Of a DNA stretch of 64,000 nucleotides, positions 41,348-49,901 are shown one piece after another. The translations under genes were made by a program, and so were the position numbers. Each line of letters opens with the position of its first letter. Positions within the stretch are counted from its first letter, which is position 1. The notes beneath the pieces are model-generated. The model saw only the letters and a list, made by a program, of their open reading frames with translations. It searched no databases and was not told where the DNA came from. This DNA is from an uncultured Actinomycetota bacterium (GTDB lineage Bacteria > Actinomycetota > Actinomycetes > Mycobacteriales > Pseudonocardiaceae): contig CAVQFJ010000018.1 in the NCBI GenBank assembly GCA_963711715.1, positions 92,137-156,136 of the forward strand, read 5' to 3'.

Positions 41348-41779
41348 TCAGGAGCCGGGCGTGAGCAGCACCAGCGGGATCTCGCGCTGCGTGCGCATCT
41401 GGTATCCCGCGTAGTTCGCGTACCTGCCCGCGATCTGTGGCCACATCCGCGCGCGTTCCTCGGCCGTGGCGATGCGCGCGCGGGTCGGCTGACGCGGGCC
41501 GCCCTGGACGGCGACCTGGACGTCGGGCCGGTCGCGCAGGTTGAGGAACCAGGCCGGATGGTGGTCGTCGCCCCCGCGCGACGCGACCACCACGTAGGCG
41601 TCACCCTCCCGCAGCGGAGCGGTGAGCAGCACCGAGCGGGGCTCGCCGCTGCGCCGGCCGGTCGTGGTGAGCTCCAGGACCGGCATCCCCCCGAAGTCGT
41701 AGCCGAACCGCCCGCCGGTGATCTTCAGCAGGAGCCGGTGCACGGTGTTCATGGACTTCAGGACGGTGTCGGAGGGCAC
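41348..41779 (-). CDS. nitroreductase-family deazaflavin (F420)-dependent oxidoreductase (Ddn-like)
   Basis: NTVHRLLLKITGGRFGYDFGGMPVLELTTTGRRSGEPRSVLL..GGDDHHPAWFLNLRDRPDVQV. Confidence 0.85.
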   Translation of the reverse strand: MPSDTVLKSMNTVHRLLLKITGGRFGYDFGGMPVLELTTTGRRSGEPRSVLLTAPLREGDAYVVVASRGGDDHHPAWFLNLRDRPDVQVAVQGGPRQPTRARIATAEERARMWPQIAGRYANYAGYQMRTQREIPLVLLTPGS

Positions 41780-41820
41780 CCGGCCGACTATAGGCGGACT
41801 GCTGACCCTCCCGGTGCGGG

Positions 41821-43926
41821 TCAGAGCAGTTCGGCGATCAGTGTCGCGGCGTGCGTGGCACCGTGCGTCCCGACCGGGCGGTAGTCGACGGTGGAACCGA
41901 TCTCCTTCTCGATGGCCGTGGCGATGTCGTCGATCGTGGCGGTGGCGTAGTCGAGGTGCCGGCCGGCCCGGTGGCGCTCGAGGCGGTGCCGGACGTGGAA
42001 GTTCTGCTCGAAGTGGTGCGCCAGCGGGAAGTACAGGAACGGTCGCCGCCCGGCCGTCAGCTCCATGCAGGTGGTCAGCCCACCCTGCACCACGGCGAGA
42101 TCACAGGCCGCCAGGTGCAGGTGCAGGTCGGGCACGTAGCCGCGGACCTCCAGCCCGGGGTGGGTGGGCAGCGACATCGGGTCGATCCGCGGGCCGGCCA
42201 CCACGACGGTGCGCAGCCCGTCGATGCGGCGGGCCGCGACCGGGTGCGCGGCGATGACCTTGCGCAGCAACGCCTCGCCGACGTCGGTGCCACCGACCGT
42301 CACCAGGCACACCTGCTCGTCCGGCGCGTAGCCGAGCTCGGCGCGGAGCGCGGTGCGATCGGCGTGCGCGGCGGGGTCGAAGCCGGTGACGTACCCGGCG
42401 AACTCGAAGTTCTCCTCGGTCCACTCCCGGATCGTCGGCAGTCCGGGGCCGAAGCTCGCCGGCACGACGTCCTCCGGGTCACCGATGAAGATCGACCGAT
42501 CGCGGATCCGGCGGAACCGCGCCCGCTGCTCGATCATCTCGGCGTTGTAGTCGGCAGTGAGGCGCGCCTCGGCGTCGCCCCCGTCGGGCATCGGCAGCCA
42601 GCCCACGAAGTCGGTCATCCAGACGAACGAGGTGTTCTTCAGCTCGGGGTTCTCGTGCAGGAAGTAGTCGATGTCCCACGCCTCGTCCCCGAGCCACGCG
42701 TCGTACGGCTCGTCGGCGACCAGGTCGGCGAAGACCATGAAATTGTTGACGAGCGTGTCGTCCATCCGCCGGATCGCCTGGAACGCGTGCAGGTCGTGTT
42801 CGGCCGCTTCGCTCTCCAGGGCGGCCGACTCGCTGGCGAGGAAGGCCGACGCCGGGTGGATGCGCTCCCCGTGGGCGGCGAGCACCGTGGTGACCGGGTG
42901 CTGGGCCAGCCAGTCGATCTGCAGATCGGGCTGCAGCCGGCGCAGCTCGTCGGCGATCGCCACGTCACGACGGGCGTGTCCCAGACCGAGCGGCGAGGAC
43001 ACGTACAGCACTCGCCGGGGCCGGCGCATCGCCCGCGTCCACGCGCTGTTCCGCGGTGGTGGAAGGACCACCGAGTCGACGAACTGGCGCACCAGCCGGT
43101 TGACGACCACCGGATCCCGACCATGCGGGCAGTGGCCGCCACCCTCCACCGTGACCAGGGCGCCGCCGGTCACCTCGGCCAGCCGTTCGCCGCGGGCGTG
43201 CGGCATGATCGCGTCCTCGTCGCCGTGCACCACGAGCACCGGGCAGCTGACCTGCTCGCACACCGCGGCGAAGCTCTGCCGCCCGCACGCGGTGAGACCG
43301 TAGGTGGCGTCCACGAGCGTGCCGGGATCGGTCTCCTTCCCCCACCCCACACAGTCCTCGATCTGCTTGGTGGAGTGGGGCTCGGTGAAGGCCTTCTCGA
43401 AGAAGAACTGCAGGAAGTCCTCGTAGTCCTGGTGCCAGTAGTACGCGTTGTACTTCGCCCACCCGTCGGTCACGTCGTAGTGCTCGTTGAACCGGTACAC
43501 CTTCCGCTCCGGGCTCTGCGATGCCAGCGGCACGGCAGGAGTGATGGCGAACAGCCCCAGCACCCGCTCCGGATGGTCGACGGCCAGCTGCACCCCCCAC
43601 AGCCCGCCGCAGGAGACCGAGACCAGCACCGCCTTCGGGGTGTCGGTCGCGTCCAGGACGGCCAGCGCATCGGCGGCGAACTCCACGTGGGTGTAGTTCT
43701 CCGAACCCCGGGGCCGGTCGGATGCGCCGGTGCCGCGGCCGTCGAACGTCACCACCCGGTAGTGCCGGGCCAGGTAGGGGATCTGCGCCTTCCAGAACCG
43801 CGAGGGTACGACCGACCAGGTCGGCAGCAGCACGACAGTGGGATCGCCCTCGCCGTACACCTCGTAGTGCAGAGTGACACCGTCGCGCTCGACGAACCCG
43901 TCGCGCACCGGCTCGAGTGCTCGCAT
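41821..43926 (-). CDS. fusion protein: N-terminal alpha/beta hydrolase plus C-terminal glycosyltransferase (GT-B fold, UDP-glycosyltransferase-like)
   Basis: One stop-free frame of 701 codons. Residues 1-~290 are a hydrolase (VVLLPTW..VSVSCGGLWG nucleophile elbow..VVHGDEDAIMP..GGGHCPH). From MRRPRRVLYVSSPLGLGHARRD onward it is a GT (..VVQGGLTTCMELTA). Confidence 0.7.
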   Translation of the reverse strand: MRALEPVRDGFVERDGVTLHYEVYGEGDPTVVLLPTWSVVPSRFWKAQIPYLARHYRVVTFDGRGTGASDRPRGSENYTHVEFAADALAVLDATDTPKAVLVSVSCGGLWGVQLAVDHPERVLGLFAITPAVPLASQSPERKVYRFNEHYDVTDGWAKYNAYYWHQDYEDFLQFFFEKAFTEPHSTKQIEDCVGWGKETDPGTLVDATYGLTACGRQSFAAVCEQVSCPVLVVHGDEDAIMPHARGERLAEVTGGALVTVEGGGHCPHGRDPVVVNRLVRQFVDSVVLPPPRNSAWTRAMRRPRRVLYVSSPLGLGHARRDVAIADELRRLQPDLQIDWLAQHPVTTVLAAHGERIHPASAFLASESAALESEAAEHDLHAFQAIRRMDDTLVNNFMVFADLVADEPYDAWLGDEAWDIDYFLHENPELKNTSFVWMTDFVGWLPMPDGGDAEARLTADYNAEMIEQRARFRRIRDRSIFIGDPEDVVPASFGPGLPTIREWTEENFEFAGYVTGFDPAAHADRTALRAELGYAPDEQVCLVTVGGTDVGEALLRKVIAAHPVAARRIDGLRTVVVAGPRIDPMSLPTHPGLEVRGYVPDLHLHLAACDLAVVQGGLTTCMELTAGRRPFLYFPLAHHFEQNFHVRHRLERHRAGRHLDYATATIDDIATAIEKEIGSTVDYRPVGTHGATHAATLIAELL

Positions 43927-44543
43927 CAGAACGTCCTCCTCGCGTCCTCGCCGTCCTCCCATGCGCGGATCAGCGCGCCCACGCGGCGCAGCGACGAGCG
44001 GATGGGGATGGTCTGTCGGTCGACCCCGAGCAGCAGCAGCGCCTCGGACCCGAGGAAGGCGTTGCCGATCAGGCCGGCCACCTCCTCGGCGGTGAACGGC
44101 CCCAACGGCCCGTGGTCCGCCTCGGCCCGGCGCAGGGCGTCGACCATCACCTCGTACCAGCCGACCAGCATCACCCGTACCGCCTCGCCCACCTGGGGCT
44201 CCGACCAGCCGGCGGCGATCATCTCCTGCAGGACGCGGACGTAGCCGGACTCGAGGTCGTCCTCGAGGTAGTCGCAGGCCTGCTCGTAGCGCTGCCACAG
44301 CGGCCTGTCGTCGGAGTACATCGCACGCTGACGATCGAGGCGGCGTCGTGTCTCCGTCTCGAGCAGCGCGAGGATCAGCCCGTTCTTCGACCCGAAGTGG
44401 TAGTGCAGCTGGGACAGCGGCACTTCGGCCTCGGCCGCCACCTTGCGGGTGGACATGTTGGCGTAGCCGTCGGCCAACAGTCGCGTGCGCGCCGCGTCGA
44501 GGATCGTCGTGCGGGTGCCGCCCTCCAGCTGTTCCGTGGTCAT
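43926..44543 (-). CDS. TetR/AcrR family transcriptional regulator
   Basis: HTH region TTILDAARTRLLADGYANMSTRKVAAEAEVPLSQLHYHFGSK. Its stop overlaps the start of the hydrolase-GT gene (ATGA). Confidence 0.9.
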   Translation of the reverse strand: MTTEQLEGGTRTTILDAARTRLLADGYANMSTRKVAAEAEVPLSQLHYHFGSKNGLILALLETETRRRLDRQRAMYSDDRPLWQRYEQACDYLEDDLESGYVRVLQEMIAAGWSEPQVGEAVRVMLVGWYEVMVDALRRAEADHGPLGPFTAEEVAGLIGNAFLGSEALLLLGVDRQTIPIRSSLRRVGALIRAWEDGEDARRTF

Positions 44544-44553
44544 CCGCGTCCCT

Positions 44554-44569
44554 TCGATCGATCGACCGA
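44554..44569. promoter_or_regulatory. candidate TetR operator, copy 1 (TCGATCGATCGACCGA; one mismatch to copy 2)
   Basis: Lies 11 nt upstream of the tetR start codon. Read directly. Confidence 0.5.
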
Positions 44570-44642
44570 CTGGAGTCTGAACCACATTTGCCTTCTCCAC
44601 AAGGCTTGACAGCTCCGTGGGCCGTCGGCACCCTGGGCTCGC

Positions 44643-44658
44643 TCGGTCGATCGACCGA
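44643..44658. promoter_or_regulatory. candidate TetR operator, copy 2 (perfect 16-bp palindrome TCGGTCGATCGACCGA)
   Basis: Lies 32 nt upstream of the osmC ATG and downstream of a TTGACA hexamer at 44606-44611. Confidence 0.5.
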
Positions 44659-44689
44659 ATACCGACAGATCATTCTTGAGGAGCACGAG

Positions 44690-45262
44690 ATGACCACCAC
44701 CACCGAGAGCAACCCGGTCCGCAACGGGGTCGACACCGCAGCGCTGTTCGGCACCATCGATGCCGTCAAGGGCCAGCCCGAACTGGCGGCGTTCCGGTTC
44801 CGGGTGTCCAACGAGTGGCAGCGCGGCACCCACAGCCGCAGCACGATCAGCGGCTTCTACGGCGCCGGGCAGGAGCTCGAGCACGAGCAGGTCACCCGAC
44901 ACGACGCCGACCACCCCAAGGTCCTGACCGGCGCCGACAACGGGCCGTCGCCCGTCGAGTACCTCCTGCACGGCCTGGCGGCCTGCCTGACCGCCGGGAT
45001 GATCAACATCGCCGCGGCGCGCAACATCGCCCTCACCGAGGTCACCTCGACCGTCGAGGGGGACATCAACCTGCTCGGCATCCTGGGCCTGTCCGACCAG
45101 GTGCGCAACGGCTACGAGCAGATCCGGGTGACGTTCATGGTCACGGGGGACGCGCCGGAGGAGAAGCTCCGCGCGCTCGTCGAGCAGTCCCGCGCGCGCT
45201 CGGCGGTCTACGACGTGATCACTAACGGCGTGCCGGTGAGCATCGACGTCCGGACCGGCTGA
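44690..45262 (+). CDS. OsmC family peroxiredoxin-like protein
   Basis: GADNGPSPVEYLLHGLAACLTAGMINIAAARNI..RSAVYDVITNGVPV (conserved Cys). Confidence 0.85.
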   Translation: MTTTTESNPVRNGVDTAALFGTIDAVKGQPELAAFRFRVSNEWQRGTHSRSTISGFYGAGQELEHEQVTRHDADHPKVLTGADNGPSPVEYLLHGLAACLTAGMINIAAARNIALTEVTSTVEGDINLLGILGLSDQVRNGYEQIRVTFMVTGDAPEEKLRALVEQSRARSAVYDVITNGVPVSIDVRTG

Positions 45263-45292
45263 GCCCGGGTCCGGTCGACAGGAGCAGCGGCG

Positions 45293-46588
45293 ATGCGTTC
45301 CCACCGCACCGAGACGGTCATCATCGGCGGCGGCCAGGCCGGGCTCGCCGTCAGCGCCCATCTCACCGGTGCGCAACGCGACCACGTCGTCCTGGAGCGA
45401 GGACGGGTCGGGGAGCGGTGGCGCACGCACGGCTGGGACTCGCTGCGGCTCCTCACGCCGAACTGGATGAGCCGGCTGCCCGGGTGGTCCTACCGCGGCG
45501 ACGAGCCGGACGGCTACATGCCGCGGGCGGAGCTCGTCGACCACCTCCAGGGGTACGCCGACGCGTTCGGCGCGCCGGTGCGCCCGCACACCGAGGTGAG
45601 GTCGGTGAGCCAGGACGGCGCCGGCTACCGGGTGCGCACCGACCGGGGGGACTGGTCCACCCGCCACGTCGTGGTCGCGAGCGGGGCGTGCGCGCAGCCG
45701 TTCGTCCCGGCGGCCGCGACGCCGCTGACCGCCGAGGTCGTGCAGCTGAGCCCGCGCGGGTACCGCAACCCGGACCGGTTGCCGCCCGGCGGCGTTCTCG
45801 TCGTCGGCGGTTCGGCGTCCGGTGTGCAGATCGCCGATGAGGTCCGACGGTCCGGGCGCTCGGTCGTGTTGTCCACCGGCCGGCACACCCGCGCGCCGCG
45901 CAGCTACCGGGGCATGGACATCTGGTGGTGGCTCGAACAGCTCGGTCGCCTGGACCGGACGATCGAGCAGATGCGGTTCCCGGGTCGGGCGCGCCGAGAA
46001 CCGTCCCTGCAACTGACGGGCCGCCGGGGTGAGGACCTCGACCTGGCGGTGCTCGCCGAGCGGGGCGTCGTGGTCACCGGCCGGCTGGTTCAGGCCGAGG
46101 GCTGCTACGTGCGGTTCGCCGATGACCTGCACCGCACCACCGCAGCCGCGGACGCCGGACTGCGGCGGCTGCTCGACGCGATCGACTCGCACGTGGTGCG
46201 GCACGGCCTGGCGGCCGAGGTGCTGGCCCCCGCGGCCTACTGTCCCGTGCACCTCGCCACCGGACCCCGGGGCCTCGACCTCGTGGGGGTCGGGATCCGC
46301 ACCGTGATCTGGGCCACGGGCTACCGACCGAGCTATCCCTGGCTGCACGTGCCGGTCCTCGACCGGCTCGGGCAGATCCGCCAGCACCGGGGCGTGACCC
46401 CCGCGCCCGGGCTCTACGCCGTGGGGCTGCGATTCGGCCAGCGCCGCAGCTCCGGCCTCCTCGACGGGGTGCGCCACGACGCGCGGGCGGTGGTCGCACA
46501 CCTCACCGGCCGGCCCACCGTCGGGGACCCGGATACCGGCCCGTTGCGGGACACCGGCGCTCGGGCCTGCGGCGCATTCCGGGCCTGA
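45293..46588 (+). CDS. NAD(P)/FAD-dependent oxidoreductase (flavin-containing monooxygenase-like)
   Basis: VIIGGGQAGLAVSAHL dinucleotide fold, and a second GxGxxG (VVGGSASGVQIADE). Confidence 0.8.
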   Translation: MRSHRTETVIIGGGQAGLAVSAHLTGAQRDHVVLERGRVGERWRTHGWDSLRLLTPNWMSRLPGWSYRGDEPDGYMPRAELVDHLQGYADAFGAPVRPHTEVRSVSQDGAGYRVRTDRGDWSTRHVVVASGACAQPFVPAAATPLTAEVVQLSPRGYRNPDRLPPGGVLVVGGSASGVQIADEVRRSGRSVVLSTGRHTRAPRSYRGMDIWWWLEQLGRLDRTIEQMRFPGRARREPSLQLTGRRGEDLDLAVLAERGVVVTGRLVQAEGCYVRFADDLHRTTAAADAGLRRLLDAIDSHVVRHGLAAEVLAPAAYCPVHLATGPRGLDLVGVGIRTVIWATGYRPSYPWLHVPVLDRLGQIRQHRGVTPAPGLYAVGLRFGQRRSSGLLDGVRHDARAVVAHLTGRPTVGDPDTGPLRDTGARACGAFRA

Positions 46589-46604
46589 CGACGATCGGCG
46601 CTCC

Positions 46605-48776
46605 TCAGCTGGCCTGCGCGAGTGCGAACGGCAGCACTGCGGTGGCTCCGGCCCGGCGCAGCAGGCGCGCAGCCACGGTGATCGTCCAGCCACTGTCGAT
46701 GACGTCGTCGACGAGGAGCACGGGACCGTCCGGCACGGCGAAGCCCGGCTCGTCGAACGCGTGCCACACCGCCGCCAGGCGCTGTGCCGAGTTGGCGTGC
46801 TCGCCCGGCTGCGGCCCGGCCGGCGCGAGCATGCCCAGCAGCGGAATGCGCCCGATCTCGGAGATCCGGCGGGCCAGGTGTTCGAGCTGGTACGGACGGG
46901 TGCGCGAGCCGATGCCCACCACGCCGACCGGCCGCTCGACCCACCCCCACCCGGCGAGCACCCGCACGCAGGCGTCGAGCACGTCCTTCGGGACCGGCGC
47001 GTCGGTGACGTCGGTGCCTGGGCCTGCGCGCTGCGGCCCCGAGGCGCCCACGAGCTCGCGCAGCCGCGTGCCCCACCCGATGTCGGAGAGCCGCCCGATC
47101 ACCCGGCCGGTCTCGGACAGCTCGCCGGTCGAGATCCGTCCGGAGACGGGTAGGCCCAGCTCCGCCATGCCGGACGGCCACTGCTTGCGGGGCGGCACCT
47201 CGACGCCGGGGCGGGCGAGCCGCTCCCCGGCCGCGGCGGCGGCTCCGGCATCGACGTCGGCACTCCACGCCGGACCGGCGCAGTTGTCGCAGCGCCCACA
47301 GGGCGCGGCGTCGGGGTCGTCGAGCTGGCGGCGCAGGAACGCGAGCCGGCACTCGCGGGTGTCCAGGTAGTCGAGCATGGCCTGCTGCTCGACGCGGCGG
47401 GCCTCGGCGATGCGGCCGTGCCGTTCCTCGTCGTAGACCCACTCCCGCCCCGTGGTGACCCAACCGCCCGTGACCCGCCGCGCGGCCCCGTCGGAGTCGA
47501 GCACCTTGAGCAGCATCTCCAGGCGTGTGCGCGAGAGGTCCACGCGCGTCTCGATGGTCGCGGTGGACAGTGGCTCGGGACCGAGGACCCGCAGCGTCTG
47601 GCGGACCAGCGGCTCGGGCGGGAAGGCGAGGGAGGCGAAGTACGCCCAGATGTCCCGGTCCTCCCGGCCTGGCAGCAGGACGACCTCCGCCCGTTCCACG
47701 GCGCGGCCGGCCCGGCCGATCTGCTGGTAGTACGCCACCGGGGAGGCCGGCGCTCCCAGGTGCACGACGAAGCCGAGATCGGGCTTGTCGAAGCCCATGC
47801 CCAGCGCGCTGGTGGCGACGAGGGCCTTGACCCGGTTGGCCAGCAGGTCGCGTTCGGCGGCCAGGCGCTCCTCCGGCGCGGTCTTGCCGGTGTAGGACGC
47901 GACCGGGTACCCGCGCTCCCGCAGGAACTCGGCCACCTCCTCGGCCGCTGCCACCGTGAGCGTGTAGACGATGCCGGCGCCGGGCAACGCGTCGAGCTGC
48001 GCGGCGAGCCATCCGAGGCGCTGCGCCGCCGTGGGCAGCGCCACCACCGCCAGCCGGAGGCTCTCGCGGTCGAGCGACCCCCGCAGCACCAGCGTCTCCC
48101 GACCGTCGCCGCGATCCGCCCGACCCAGCCCGAGCTGCTCGGTGACGTCGGTGACGACCCGGTCGTTGGCCGTGGCCGTGGTAGCCAGCACCGGGATCCC
48201 GGGGGGGAGCTCGGCGATGAGCGCCCGCAGCCGGCGGTAGTCGGGCCGGAAATCGTGGCCCCAGTCGGACACGCAGTGGGCCTCGTCGACGACGAGCATG
48301 CCGGCACTGGCGGTGAGCCGGGGCAGCACGCGATCACGGAAGTCGGGGTTGTTCAGCCGCTCCGGGCTGACGAGCAGGACGTCGACCTCGCCCGCCTCGA
48401 CCGCGGCGTAGGTGCGCTCCCACTCGGCGGTGTTGGCGGAGTTGACGGTGGCCGCGCGGATGCCGGCCAGGGCTGCGGCGTCGATCTGGTTGCGCATGAG
48501 CGCGAGCAGCGGCGAGACGATCACCGTCGGGCCGGCTCCGGCGGCCCGCAGCAGTGCGGTGGCCACGAAGTACACCGCCGACTTCCCCCAGCCGGTGCGC
48601 TGCACGACAAGTGCGCGCCTGCGGTGCTCGACCAGCGCGCGGACCGCTGTCCACTGGTCGTCCCGCAGCCGGGCGGCCGGGCCGGCCAGGGTGGCCAGCA
48701 CGGCCTCGGCCCGCGCACGGAGATCCTGCGGCGTCGGAGCGCGCTCGGTCGGGAGGACGTGCGGTGTCGTCGTCAC
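46605..48776 (-). CDS. RecQ-family ATP-dependent DNA helicase with a C-terminal ComF/phosphoribosyltransferase-like domain (RqlH-type)
   Basis: Walker A TGWGKS, DEAH box (VVDEAHCVSDWGHDFRPDY), Zn cluster (C..CGRCDNC). The C-terminal LLVDDVIDSGWTITVAARLL is a PRTase motif. GTG start. Confidence 0.88.
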   Translation of the reverse strand: MTTTPHVLPTERAPTPQDLRARAEAVLATLAGPAARLRDDQWTAVRALVEHRRRALVVQRTGWGKSAVYFVATALLRAAGAGPTVIVSPLLALMRNQIDAAALAGIRAATVNSANTAEWERTYAAVEAGEVDVLLVSPERLNNPDFRDRVLPRLTASAGMLVVDEAHCVSDWGHDFRPDYRRLRALIAELPPGIPVLATTATANDRVVTDVTEQLGLGRADRGDGRETLVLRGSLDRESLRLAVVALPTAAQRLGWLAAQLDALPGAGIVYTLTVAAAEEVAEFLRERGYPVASYTGKTAPEERLAAERDLLANRVKALVATSALGMGFDKPDLGFVVHLGAPASPVAYYQQIGRAGRAVERAEVVLLPGREDRDIWAYFASLAFPPEPLVRQTLRVLGPEPLSTATIETRVDLSRTRLEMLLKVLDSDGAARRVTGGWVTTGREWVYDEERHGRIAEARRVEQQAMLDYLDTRECRLAFLRRQLDDPDAAPCGRCDNCAGPAWSADVDAGAAAAAGERLARPGVEVPPRKQWPSGMAELGLPVSGRISTGELSETGRVIGRLSDIGWGTRLRELVGASGPQRAGPGTDVTDAPVPKDVLDACVRVLAGWGWVERPVGVVGIGSRTRPYQLEHLARRISEIGRIPLLGMLAPAGPQPGEHANSAQRLAAVWHAFDEPGFAVPDGPVLLVDDVIDSGWTITVAARLLRRAGATAVLPFALAQAS

Positions 48777-48863
48777 GTGGCCATGGTGGAGGACGGCACC
48801 GACAGTCCTCCGGGCGGTCCGGTCGACGTGTCACAGTTGTGAACGACTCCGTCGATGGCCGTG

Positions 48864-48960
48864 CTCCCGGTGATCGGGGCTCCCGGTGATCGGGGCTCCT
48901 GGCGATCGGGGCTCCTCGCGATCGGGCGCCCGGCGATCGGGGATCTGGGCCGATCGGCAG
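48864..48960. repeat. degenerate ~16-bp tandem repeat x6 (core GATCGGGGCTCC) in the helicase/moxR divergent intergenic region
   Basis: GATCGG cores at 48872, 48888, 48904, 48920, 48935 and 48952 (spacings 16, 16, 16, 15, 17). Confidence 0.85.
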
Positions 48961-48981
48961 GACCCGGGGCAGGATGAGGCC

Positions 48982-49857
48982 GTGAGCGCATCCCAGCCCC
49001 CGCTCTTCCGGTCGGTCACCGACGTGGCCGAACGGCTCGAGGGCGTGGGCTACCTGGCCTCGACCGCCGTCGCCACCACGGTGTACCTGGCCGACCGCCT
49101 CGGCAAGCCGTTGCTCGTCGAGGGTCCGGCCGGTGTCGGCAAGACCGAGCTGGCGAAGGCGGTCGCCGAGGCCACCGGGGCCGGGCTGGTGCGGCTGCAG
49201 TGCTACGAGGGGATCGACGAGGCACGAGCGCTGTACGAGTGGAACCACGCCAAGCAGCTGCTGCGGATCACCGCCGGGCAGGGCCGGGAGTCCTGGGACG
49301 AGACGCGCGACGACGTCTTCTCCGAGGAGTTCCTGCTGCCGCGGCCGCTGCTCACGGCGATCCGCCGCTCGGAGCCGACGGTGCTGCTGGTCGACGAGAT
49401 GGACAAGGCGGACGTCGAGGTCGAGGGGCTGCTGCTCGAGGTGCTGAGCGACTTCCAGGTGACCGTGCCCGAGATGGGCACCATCACCGCCACCCGCCGG
49501 CCGTTCGCGCTGCTCACCTCGAACTCCACGCGCGAGCTGTCCGAGGCGCTCAAGCGCCGTTGCCTGTTCCTGCACCTCGACTTCCCCGACGCCGACCTGG
49601 AACGCCGCATCGTGCTGTCCCGGGTGCCCGACCTCGCGGAGTCCCTCGTCGACGCCCTGGTGCGCACCGTCCGGGTGCTGCGCGGGTTGGAGCTGCGCAA
49701 GTCGCCCTCGGTGGCCGAGACGATCGACTGGGGCCGCACGTTGCTCGCCCTCGGCCTGGACACCCTCGACGACGCGGCCGTGCGCGCGACCCTGGGCGTC
49801 GTCCTCAAGCACCAGTCGGACGCGGTCAAGGCGGCGGCCGAGCTGCGGCTCAACTGA
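48982..49857 (+). CDS. MoxR-family AAA+ ATPase (CoxD-like)
   Basis: Walker A GPAGVGKT, Walker B LLVDEMDK. GTG 48982 is in frame; the earlier part of ORF 48886.. is repeat sequence. Confidence 0.88.
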   Translation: MSASQPPLFRSVTDVAERLEGVGYLASTAVATTVYLADRLGKPLLVEGPAGVGKTELAKAVAEATGAGLVRLQCYEGIDEARALYEWNHAKQLLRITAGQGRESWDETRDDVFSEEFLLPRPLLTAIRRSEPTVLLVDEMDKADVEVEGLLLEVLSDFQVTVPEMGTITATRRPFALLTSNSTRELSEALKRRCLFLHLDFPDADLERRIVLSRVPDLAESLVDALVRTVRVLRGLELRKSPSVAETIDWGRTLLALGLDTLDDAAVRATLGVVLKHQSDAVKAAAELRLN

Positions 49858-49901
49858 GTCCGGCCCGTTCCGACCGCCGCCGGGCCGGGCATGATGGCAC
49901 C

